Source: Candidatus Omnitrophota bacterium | GTDB lineage: Bacteria > Omnitrophota > Gorgyraeia > Gygaellales > Profunditerraquicolaceae | Reading direction: 5' to 3' | Length of the DNA: 64,000 bases | Assembly (NCBI GenBank): GCA_041663665.1 | Contig: JBAYMG010000001.1 | Span: 129,482 to 193,481, forward strand | In this document: in pieces, positions 56,960-64,000 of the stretch | How the letters are laid out: each line of letters starts with the position of its first letter | How positions within the stretch are numbered: position 1 is the stretch's first letter | Notes under the pieces: generated by a model | What the model saw: the letters and a program-made list of their open reading frames with translations, nothing else | What the model was told of the DNA's origin: nothing | The model's database searches: none | Program-made: the position numbers and the translations under genes

Positions 56960-58097
56960 AATTCACGAATTTGAAGAAAAATTTTTAGCTCCCTATGCTA
57001 TGAAGAGCTGCAATTCGCGCGGCAGGGTGTATAAGGAGAGTGAGCATCCTTATCGCCTTTGTTATCAGCGCGATCGCGATCGGATTATCCATTCGGCAGC
57101 TTTTAGGAGATTGGAATATAAAACCCAGGTTTTTGTTAATCATGAAGGGGATTATTACCGTACCCGGTTGACGCACAGTATTGAGGTTTCTCAGATTGCG
57201 CGTACTGTGGCTTGTGCGTTACGTTTAAATATGGATTTAACTGAAGCCATTGCTTTAGCACATGATTTAGGCCATACGCCTTTTGGCCATTCCGGTGAAG
57301 AAGTACTGGACGAGTTAATGGCTAAAAGTGGAGGGTTTAATCATAATCTTCAAGGGTTGCGGGTAGTTGATCTTTTGGAGGAACGCTATCCGGATTTTCC
57401 AGGCTTAAATTTAAGCTGGGAGGTCAGAGAAGGGATAGTCAAACATTCTTCAGTTTTTGATATTGCCGTTAAGATTAAAGAATTTTTACCCAAAAAAATG
57501 CCTACCTTGGAAACCCAGCTGGTTGATATAGCTGATGAGATTGCCTATGATAACCATGACCTGGATGACGGGTTAACCTCCGGATTAATTAAAGAAAACG
57601 ATTTGGAAAATCTAGAGATTTGGAAAAAAATAAATCTCAAGATCAGCCAAAAGTATGATAAAATTAATGCTAATTACCGTAAATATCTAATTGTCCGTGG
57701 TTTAATTAATCTGCAGGTTACGGATTTAATTGAAGCTACGCAGACTAAGATTGCTCGGTTGAAGATTAAAAAATACACCGACCCTCATAATCTTGACTGT
57801 AAAGTTGTGGGTTTTAGTAAAGAGGTTCAGGAGTTAAGAAAACCGCTCAGGCAGCTGCTCATGCAGAAGCTTTATCATCATTACCGGGTTGTGCGTATGA
57901 GTACAAAAGCCAAGCGTTTTATCCGGGAATTGTTTTGTGAGTATATTAGCCGTCCGCAGCAGTTACCTTCTGAAATCGGGCAAAGAATCCCCCGGGAAGG
58001 CGTAAGGCGGGTAGTTTGTGATTATATTGCCGGCATGACTGACCGGTACGCATTAGATGAATACAAAAAATTATTCAACCCCTACGAAAAAGTATAG
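56946..58097 (+). CDS. dGTP triphosphohydrolase-like HD-domain protein
   Basis: RTRLTHSIEVSQIAR...HDLGHTPFGHSGE. 383 aa Dgt-like. Confidence 0.85.
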   Translation: MPIDKIHEFEEKFLAPYAMKSCNSRGRVYKESEHPYRLCYQRDRDRIIHSAAFRRLEYKTQVFVNHEGDYYRTRLTHSIEVSQIARTVACALRLNMDLTEAIALAHDLGHTPFGHSGEEVLDELMAKSGGFNHNLQGLRVVDLLEERYPDFPGLNLSWEVREGIVKHSSVFDIAVKIKEFLPKKMPTLETQLVDIADEIAYDNHDLDDGLTSGLIKENDLENLEIWKKINLKISQKYDKINANYRKYLIVRGLINLQVTDLIEATQTKIARLKIKKYTDPHNLDCKVVGFSKEVQELRKPLRQLLMQKLYHHYRVVRMSTKAKRFIRELFCEYISRPQQLPSEIGQRIPREGVRRVVCDYIAGMTDRYALDEYKKLFNPYEKV

Positions 58098-59118
58098 ATT
58101 TTTAATTTCAGCGGTGCATAGTATCTACCGCTTGCTTAATTCTACCTATGAGGTTAATGAATTAATCTCCCGTATGGGGCGTTTGTTTTGCCAATTTTTT
58201 AATGCCCAATATTGTACGGTTATCTTATTAGATCAAAGTAAAAAATATTCAACTATTAAATGTACAATCAAGGATAATAAAAAAATTATAGTTTCCAATA
58301 AAGTTAAAATTACCGATAAGATTGAAGAAGAGATCGTTAGAAGGTCTTCATCGGTTAGAAGAGGAAATCTGTTGGGTATTCCGCTTATTTGCGAAGATTT
58401 AATCGGATTAGTGGTGATCAAACGCGCAAAATCCAGTAAATCGTTTGACATCTTTGATCAAGAGATGTTAATGACTATGGCTGAGCAGGCGGTAGTCGGG
58501 ATTAAGAATTTGCAGCTTTATGAAGAGCAGGAGAGGATTATTCTGGGTAGTATTAAATCTTTAGTTACATTTTTAAACACGCGTGTTTCTACTGATTATA
58601 CTCATTCTCCCCATTTTAGTAAGTTAGTTTGTGCTTTAGGGGATGAAATTCATCTTGATGAAAAACAACTGCAGATTCTTAAGTATGCCAGTCTTTTGCA
58701 TGATGCCGGGAAAATTGATATTCCGGTAGCGATTTTAACTAAAACTACTAAGCTTACTGCCGAAGAGTATGATGTTATAAAAAAGCACCCGGTTAAAGGG
58801 GCGCAAATTTTACGCCCGTTACAAATTTTACGCCCGGCCATCCCGATTATTATGTATCATCATGAGAAATACGATGGTACGGGGTATCCTTCCCGGCTTA
58901 AAGGCGGGAAAATCCCTTTGGGAGCCCGGATAATGTCAGTAGCTGATGCCTTTGAAGCAATGGTCTACGGCCGGCCATATCGTCAGCGGATGGATATTGC
59001 TAATGCAATTAAGGAAATCAAGAAAAAAAGCGGGACGCAATTTGACCCTAAAGTTGTGGAGGCTTTTTTAATCGTAATTAAGAAATTTAATAAGAAAATA
59101 TATTTGAATCAGGATTAA
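58057..59118 (+). CDS. GAF / HD-GYP phosphohydrolase signalling protein (second paralogue)
   Basis: HD-GYP (HD...HHEKYDGTGYPSRL). The real start may be GTG/TTG ~58120-58140 rather than ATG 58057, which overlaps dgt by 41 nt. Confidence 0.75.
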   Translation: MNTKNYSTPTKKYRFLISAVHSIYRLLNSTYEVNELISRMGRLFCQFFNAQYCTVILLDQSKKYSTIKCTIKDNKKIIVSNKVKITDKIEEEIVRRSSSVRRGNLLGIPLICEDLIGLVVIKRAKSSKSFDIFDQEMLMTMAEQAVVGIKNLQLYEEQERIILGSIKSLVTFLNTRVSTDYTHSPHFSKLVCALGDEIHLDEKQLQILKYASLLHDAGKIDIPVAILTKTTKLTAEEYDVIKKHPVKGAQILRPLQILRPAIPIIMYHHEKYDGTGYPSRLKGGKIPLGARIMSVADAFEAMVYGRPYRQRMDIANAIKEIKKKSGTQFDPKVVEAFLIVIKKFNKKIYLNQD

Positions 59119-59136
59119 TCGTAGTTAATAATACTT

Positions 59137-59580
59137 ATGGCCCAAAAGCAAGATTATACACAGCCGGAGCTTTTTACACAAACTGAAGACGATCAGCAGT
59201 ATAAGCCGCAGGTTCAAAGAAGCCCGTTTTTTTTGCGGATTAGAAATTATGAAAAAGTACTGTTATTAATTATGGGTATGGTTTTGTTAGGGATTATTTC
59301 TTTTTCTCTGGGAGTAGAAAAAGGAAAGTATGCTGAAAAAATTCAAAGTAGCGCTACTGTCCAAGATGTTTATACTATCCAGCTGGCAGCTTTTAAAAAT
59401 AGAGCACTGGCTTTACGCGAAGCTCAAATATTATTGAAAAATGGTTTTTCACCGGTAGTTTTTACTAAAGGAAGCTATATTATTTTGTGCGTAGGCAAAT
59501 TTTCTAATCAAGAGAGCGCGCAACCTCTGTTGACTCAATTGCAGAGGACCTACGCTAATTGCCGCATAAGGAGGTTATAA
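59137..59580 (+). CDS. SPOR-domain (peptidoglycan-binding, division-site) protein
   Basis: Single TM, then YTIQLAAFKNRALALREAQILLKNGFSPVVF...ILCVGKFSNQESAQ SPOR-like fold. Confidence 0.6.
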   Translation: MAQKQDYTQPELFTQTEDDQQYKPQVQRSPFFLRIRNYEKVLLLIMGMVLLGIISFSLGVEKGKYAEKIQSSATVQDVYTIQLAAFKNRALALREAQILLKNGFSPVVFTKGSYIILCVGKFSNQESAQPLLTQLQRTYANCRIRRL

Positions 59581-59583
59581 AAA

Positions 59584-59859
59584 ATGTCAATACATCCGTC
59601 ATTAACTATTTCGGAAAAAGACAAAAAGGTTCGTTCAGTTTTAAAACGTACTGAGCGCATCAGGCAGATGCAGGAAAAAGGTAGCTGGAAAGAAGGCAAC
59701 GCTGTTTACGGATTACCGAAACTTAAATCCATAAGGATTAAAGTTAAGAAAGAAAAGGTTGAAAAAGCTGAAACTCCTGCAACTGGTGCAGCAGCTCCTG
59801 CAGGCGGTGCGGCTAAAGAAGCCGGTAAAACTCCTGCTAAGGGTCAAGAAAAAAAATAA
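59584..59859 (+). CDS. Small basic hypothetical protein with Ala/Lys/Pro-rich tail
   Basis: 91 aa. The tail is ...AETPATGAAAPAGGAAKEAGKTPAKGQEKK. No recognisable family. Confidence 0.4.
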   Translation: MSIHPSLTISEKDKKVRSVLKRTERIRQMQEKGSWKEGNAVYGLPKLKSIRIKVKKEKVEKAETPATGAAAPAGGAAKEAGKTPAKGQEKK

Positions 59860-59870
59860 GATTGGGTTAA

Positions 59871-60659
59871 ATGTTACTAAGGTTTAAAACGAAGTTAATA
59901 CTTATTTTTATTATAGTTTTCTTTAATTTGGCTGCAGGTGCGATTGCATCTGCAGATGTTTCTTTTACCGGGCAGATTAATGCGGACAATGTCAATGTCC
60001 GGGCTGATGCAACGGTAAGTTCTCCAATTGCCTGCGTTCTTCCTAAGGGGCAGATGGTTGATGTCGTCGAGGAAGCTTACGATTGGTATAAAATCCGCCT
60101 GCCCAAAGAAGCGCCTTCTTATATTAAAAAAGACTTAGTTGATTGTATTAACACGGATTCGGTTAATCCGGAAAAATGTCTTGGAGCTAAAGTAGTCAAA
60201 GACAGGATTAATATACGCTTGGGCCCCAGTGAATCAAGCTGGATTGTTGGCAAAGTTAATAAGCTGACTGTAGTTAATATTTTATCTACGGATGGAGTCT
60301 GGTATAAGATTACACCGGTTTATACTAGTTTCTGCTGGGTGAATAAAAAGTTTATTAATAAATATATACCGGTGTTAGTTAAAAAAGAAGAGATGGTTGG
60401 AGCAGTTAAAGATACAAATTCTCCCGAAAGTGCCCAATTGGTTCTTGAAGGCAAGGTTAGCCCCTACGGAATAGTTTTATGGCGTAAGGCAACACATAAG
60501 TTGATTACTGCGGAAAACAAAGTTTATTTTTTAAAAGGTAACCGTAAAAATTTAGACAGCCTTAATTATTCTCAGGTCAAAGTCACCGGCAAGTTAATCA
60601 GCCCGCAAGATAGCAAATATCCGCTTGTTGAAATAAACACTATCGAGGTATTGAATTGA
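59871..60659 (+). CDS. Secreted tandem SH3b-domain protein
   Basis: Signal peptide and two SH3_3-like modules (NVNVRADATVSSPIACVLPKGQMVDVV..WYKI ; RINIRLGPSESSWIVGKVNKLTVV..WYKI). Confidence 0.65.
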   Translation: MLLRFKTKLILIFIIVFFNLAAGAIASADVSFTGQINADNVNVRADATVSSPIACVLPKGQMVDVVEEAYDWYKIRLPKEAPSYIKKDLVDCINTDSVNPEKCLGAKVVKDRINIRLGPSESSWIVGKVNKLTVVNILSTDGVWYKITPVYTSFCWVNKKFINKYIPVLVKKEEMVGAVKDTNSPESAQLVLEGKVSPYGIVLWRKATHKLITAENKVYFLKGNRKNLDSLNYSQVKVTGKLISPQDSKYPLVEINTIEVLN

Positions 60660-61282
60660 ACATCACGAGTTTAGTTCCGGCATTTCTTATATCTTTTGGC
60701 CTTTTGATAATTGCTATGACTGTGCATGAATTTGCGCATGGTTTGGTAGCTTATAAGCTAGGCGATCCAACCGCTAGATTAAGCGGAAGGTTAACTTTAA
60801 ATCCCTTGGCGCATATTGATCTATTTTGGACCTTATTTTTGCCGTTAGTGCTTTATTTGTCTACTGCCGGCCAATTTGTTTTTGGTGCGGCGAAACCTGT
60901 TCCGGTAAATTACTGGGCGCTTAAGAATCCAAAAAGGGATATTATTTGGATTAGCTTAGCCGGGCCGTTAGCTAATTTGGCCTTAGCTTTTATTACCATC
61001 CAGGTTTTAAAATTTTTCCCGCAAAGAAGTATTGTTACTTACCTGCTTTTTAACTTAATGACCATTAATGTTGTTTTAGCGGTATTTAATCTTATCCCGA
61101 TTCCTCCTTTGGACGGCTCTAAGGTTTTAATGGGCTTGTTGCCTGAAAGTTTAAGCCGGCAGTATGCTTTTTTAGAGCGCTATGGTTTTATTTTCCTTTT
61201 TGTTTTTATTTGGCTAGGAGCTTTTGACCGGATCCTTTGGCCGTTAGTCGCTATAGTAATTAGAACCCTTGGAGCGACTTAA
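60656..61282 (+). CDS. Site-2 protease family (M50) membrane metalloprotease
   Basis: HEFAHG zinc motif. LIPIPPLDGSKV second motif. 208 aa. Confidence 0.8.
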   Translation: MNITSLVPAFLISFGLLIIAMTVHEFAHGLVAYKLGDPTARLSGRLTLNPLAHIDLFWTLFLPLVLYLSTAGQFVFGAAKPVPVNYWALKNPKRDIIWISLAGPLANLALAFITIQVLKFFPQRSIVTYLLFNLMTINVVLAVFNLIPIPPLDGSKVLMGLLPESLSRQYAFLERYGFIFLFVFIWLGAFDRILWPLVAIVIRTLGAT

Positions 61283-62372
61283 ACGTATGGATAAAATAAT
61301 AGTTAAATTGGGTGCACGCAGTTACCAGATAATCAGCGGTTATCATATTCTTAATCAGCTGGGGAGCGTTTTAAAAAAAATAGATATCGGCACAGATGCT
61401 TTTATCGTTACTAATAATTTTCTAAAAAATAAATACGGTTTAAAATTAGCCTCTGTCTTAACTAAGGCCGGGATTAATTCTTTTTTTTATATTGTCCCGG
61501 ATAGCGAAAAAAGCAAATCCATAGAAACTGCCAGCCTAGTAATTAAGAGTTTGGCGGGTTTTGATAAAAATAAAAAAGTTTTTGTTGTTGCTTTTGGCGG
61601 AGGGGTAATCGGCGACCTGTCAGGTTTTGTGGCCAGTATTTATAAACGCGGGGTAAGTTATATACAGATTCCGACAACTTTATTGGCCCAGGTTGATTCT
61701 GCGATAGGAGGTAAAACGGCGTTAGATTTAGCTTTAGGCAAAAATTTAGTCGGGGCTTTTTATCAGCCTAAGATTGTATTTAGCGAGATTGAGTTCTTAA
61801 AAAGTTTGGATAAAATTCAGCTTTCAAGCGGAATGGCCGAGGTCATCAAGTATGCGATTATAAAAGATGCAAAACTTTTTAATTTTTTAGAAAATAATCA
61901 TCTCGCGGTAATTTCCGGCCGTAAGCAGGCTCTGCAGAAAATAGTCAGTTCCTGTAGTAATATTAAGGCAAAGATTACCAGTTTAGATGAAAAAGAATCT
62001 TTAGGTATAAGAACTATTTTAAATTTTGGGCATACTATCGGCCATGCTATTGAGGCAGCTGGTACTTATCAAAAGTATAATCACGGACAAGCGGTTGGTT
62101 TGGGCATGATTGCTGCTGTTAATTTGAGTGTTGAACTTAAGTTAATTGATGTCAGGCTGGCACTGCGGATAAAAAATTTAATTAAACTCTATGGCTTACC
62201 GCAAAAGTTAAAGGGTGTATCTGTAGAAAAAATCATCAGAGCGCATTATTATGATAAAAAGTTTTGCGGATCCTGCAATAAATTTGTGTTGATTCGCGCA
62301 ATCGGTCAAACTAAAATTGTGCGTAATGTTAAATTGGATTTGATAAAAGAAGCAGTTAAATCTATCGGTTAG
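61269..62372 (+). CDS. aroB: 3-dehydroquinate synthase
   Basis: GGGVIGDLSGFVAS and the ...GHTIGHAIE metal-binding region. Confidence 0.92.
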   Translation: MERLKRMDKIIVKLGARSYQIISGYHILNQLGSVLKKIDIGTDAFIVTNNFLKNKYGLKLASVLTKAGINSFFYIVPDSEKSKSIETASLVIKSLAGFDKNKKVFVVAFGGGVIGDLSGFVASIYKRGVSYIQIPTTLLAQVDSAIGGKTALDLALGKNLVGAFYQPKIVFSEIEFLKSLDKIQLSSGMAEVIKYAIIKDAKLFNFLENNHLAVISGRKQALQKIVSSCSNIKAKITSLDEKESLGIRTILNFGHTIGHAIEAAGTYQKYNHGQAVGLGMIAAVNLSVELKLIDVRLALRIKNLIKLYGLPQKLKGVSVEKIIRAHYYDKKFCGSCNKFVLIRAIGQTKIVRNVKLDLIKEAVKSIG

Positions 62373-62850
62373 TTGTTAAAGTAGTAATTTTCCCCTCGAG
62401 GTTAAGGTCAACGCTGTTAGATGTAATTTTCTGAACTTTAGCCCCATCAATTAGGTCATTTTCCCTTATAATCTGGTTATTTACTAAGGCGTATCCGCTA
62501 TTATCAGAGAAAAAAATCCCGTTTAAAACGAAATCTGGTTTGTTAGCTTGAGTGTCGGCTTGTATTATTCTATTTTCGGTTTTAGGTAAAACCGGAGCAG
62601 CAATTTTTGGCTGCGGGGTGGAGGGTTTACTATTTGTAACGGCAGTTTTTTCAACAGTCGTAGTAGATTTTATTTTGTAACGCAATAAATTAAATATTAA
62701 ATTGGCTAAAAATATACCGGTTAAAAGAATTAAGATGTATAAAAGTATCGGCTTAGGTGAAGGTTTTGAATTTAGATTTAAGTTTTCTTTAGCGTTGTTT
62801 TTTTGAATAGATTGTTCGGTTTTTTTTAATGCGTCGTTAATAATGCTCAT
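62362..62850 (-). CDS. GspB/ExeB-like protein (type II secretion system protein B family)
   Basis: N-terminus MSIINDALKK, single TM, C-terminal LNGIFFSDNSGYALVNNQIIRENDLIDGAKVQKI T2SSB-like segment. Pairs with the ExeA-like gene. Confidence 0.5.
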   Translation of the reverse strand: MSIINDALKKTEQSIQKNNAKENLNLNSKPSPKPILLYILILLTGIFLANLIFNLLRYKIKSTTTVEKTAVTNSKPSTPQPKIAAPVLPKTENRIIQADTQANKPDFVLNGIFFSDNSGYALVNNQIIRENDLIDGAKVQKITSNSVDLNLEGKITTLTTNR

Positions 62851-63671
62851 TGATCTTGCCTCACTGAGTAGCTGTCCAGTTCCTTAACGCAGGTATTGAT
62901 AATATTAAAATCTATACGGTTAGTTTCGTTGACGAATCCGGCTAAAAGCGCCCGATCACAAAGCATATTGATTAACCGGGGTGTTCCTCCGGAAAAGCGC
63001 CCGATCATATCCAGCGCCTCATCGCTAAATTCAATTTTATTTTTATTTCCGGCTACTTCCAAACGGTGATTTATATAATTTTTTAGCTCATCGTTTTCAA
63101 GCGGGCCGATATGGTAGCGTACCATGACTCTTTGGCGTAACTGCCTTAAGTCATGCAGGTTAAGCCTCTGATTTAATTCCGGCTGGCCGACTAAAATTAC
63201 CTGAAGCAGTTTATCTTTCTCGGTTTCTAAATTTGAGAGCAGGCGTATCTGTTCAAGTAGTAGGGGTTTTAAATTCTGCGCTTCATCAATAATCAATACC
63301 AAATTGTTTCCGGCTTTAGATTCATTTAAAAGAAAGTTGTTTAATTCCGCAACCATATCTAATTTATTTTTGCTTCTTGGGTTTATTCCGAAGTCCTTGA
63401 CAATGGATTCCAGCAATTGAACTTCGGAAAAGTTAGGGTTTAAGATAAAAGCGGTTTTTACGTTTTCTCCGATCTGATTAAGGAAGAAGCGGCAAATTGT
63501 TGTTTTCCCGGTTCCGATTTCTCCGGTTAAAACGATTATTCCTTTTCTTTGCGAGACTCCGTAGAAGAGATGAGATATGGCTTCTTTGTGTTTTTTGCTG
63601 GAAAAAAAGAAGGCAGGGTCACTGGTAACGTTAAAGGGTCGCTCTTTTAAGCCATAATATTTACAATACAT
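62847..63671 (-). CDS. ExeA/GspA-like AAA ATPase
   Basis: YYGLKERPF...LTGEIGTGKTT...IIDEAQNL (AAA_22/ExeA). Confidence 0.7.
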   Translation of the reverse strand: MYCKYYGLKERPFNVTSDPAFFFSSKKHKEAISHLFYGVSQRKGIIVLTGEIGTGKTTICRFFLNQIGENVKTAFILNPNFSEVQLLESIVKDFGINPRSKNKLDMVAELNNFLLNESKAGNNLVLIIDEAQNLKPLLLEQIRLLSNLETEKDKLLQVILVGQPELNQRLNLHDLRQLRQRVMVRYHIGPLENDELKNYINHRLEVAGNKNKIEFSDEALDMIGRFSGGTPRLINMLCDRALLAGFVNETNRIDFNIINTCVKELDSYSVRQDQ

Positions 63672-63842
63672 TTATGCTCCTTTAATTATTATAACAAAAT
63701 CACAAGCTTTGTAAATCTATTATACGGATTAAGTCTTTTTACCTGTGTTTTTGAAAATTAATAATCTTAGCTTTGGGTTTATCCCGGTGGAAAAGTGCCG
63801 GATTTTGATTTTTAAGGTAAGGTGATTAAGCTTGTAAAGTAT

Positions 63843-63871
63843 TGACATATTTAGCAATGTATGTTATATTT
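63843..63871 (+). promoter_or_regulatory. Consensus sigma70 promoter (TTGACA-17-TATATT)
   Basis: TTGACA 63843-48, 17-nt spacer, TATATT 63866-71. The ATG of the downstream gene is at 63877. Confidence 0.55.
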
Positions 63872-63876
63872 TTTTA

Positions 63877-64000
63877 ATGGAATTAACGGTGAATAAAAAA
63901 GAAAATCGTTGTTTTCCTCGTGTAGATTTTCACTCTAAGATAAGTTATCAGATTAGAGGTAAGCCGGATTTTAACAGTGTTTTGAGCCAGGATATAAGTT
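63877..64000 (+). CDS. PilZ-domain protein, N-terminal fragment (runs off window)
   Basis: MELTVNKKENRCFPRVDF...QDIS: RxxxR and D-x-S-x-x-G-type c-di-GMP-binding motifs are starting. Confidence 0.45.
   Translation, partial: MELTVNKKENRCFPRVDFHSKISYQIRGKPDFNSVLSQDIS

Noticed and set aside
54397-58097. Calling the ATPase/phosphoesterase/HIT/dGTPase block a known antiphage system (e.g. dGTPase-based nucleotide depletion)
   Set aside because: Each gene has an ordinary housekeeping-sized homologue. The tight packing is genome-wide, not local. No hallmark defence-island neighbours (integrases, RM, TA) are present. I keep it only as a low-confidence finding.

Overview
This 64-kb window is a low-GC (~40%), tightly packed bacterial chromosome segment with almost complete + strand coding bias; only two of ~95 genes are on the minus strand. 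Many genes overlap at ATGA/TAATG junctions, which looks like a streamlined and probably uncultivated lineage.

Content in order:
(1) The str/S10/spc/alpha ribosomal superoperon: fusA (3' part), tuf, rpsJ through rplQ, including secY, adk, map, infA, rpmJ and rpoA. There is no rpmD (L30). uL15, uL24 and bL17 carry unusual extensions.
(2) A central-metabolism block: class-I aminotransferase, a LeuC-like dehydratase large subunit, pilT, a LeuD-like small subunit, an IDH-type dehydrogenase, malate dehydrogenase, a short dihydrolipoyl dehydrogenase and a free-standing lipoyl-domain protein.
(3) GAF/HD-GYP signalling and lipid/glycolipid transferases.
(4) A cobamide salvage and uptake locus: cobO, a first B12 riboswitch, btuFCD, cobC, cobU, cobT, cobS, a DUF71 PP-loop ATPase and a CbiR-like TIM-barrel protein, then a second B12 riboswitch, a btuB-like TonB-dependent receptor, exbB, exbD and two tonB genes.
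(5) Housekeeping genes: rpsU, MEMO1, DUF1844, Trm112-like, aroQ, pepP, efp, accBC, Asp23/AmaP, a PPi-type pfk, gmhA, hldE-C, a thiD2-like ORF overlapping thiE, and thiC.
(6) A 46-bp tandem repeat array and tRNA-Gly(CCC).
(7) A string of envelope and nucleotide-hydrolase genes: LysM-M23 peptidase, a PF01637-like ATPase, a metallophosphoesterase, HIT, a dGTPase-like HD protein, a second GAF/HD-GYP protein, a SPOR protein, a small basic protein, an SH3b protein, an M50 protease and aroB.
(8) A convergent exeA/gspB-like pair on the minus strand and the 5' end of a PilZ gene.

There is no CRISPR array, no integrase or transposase, and no obvious known defence system. The candidates for novelty are the DUF71 and CbiR-like genes appended to the cobamide operon, the LeuCD pair split by pilT in a TCA-like context, the lipoyl-protein/Lpd pair, a probable frameshifted thiD2-thiE fusion and the repeat array next to the tRNA.
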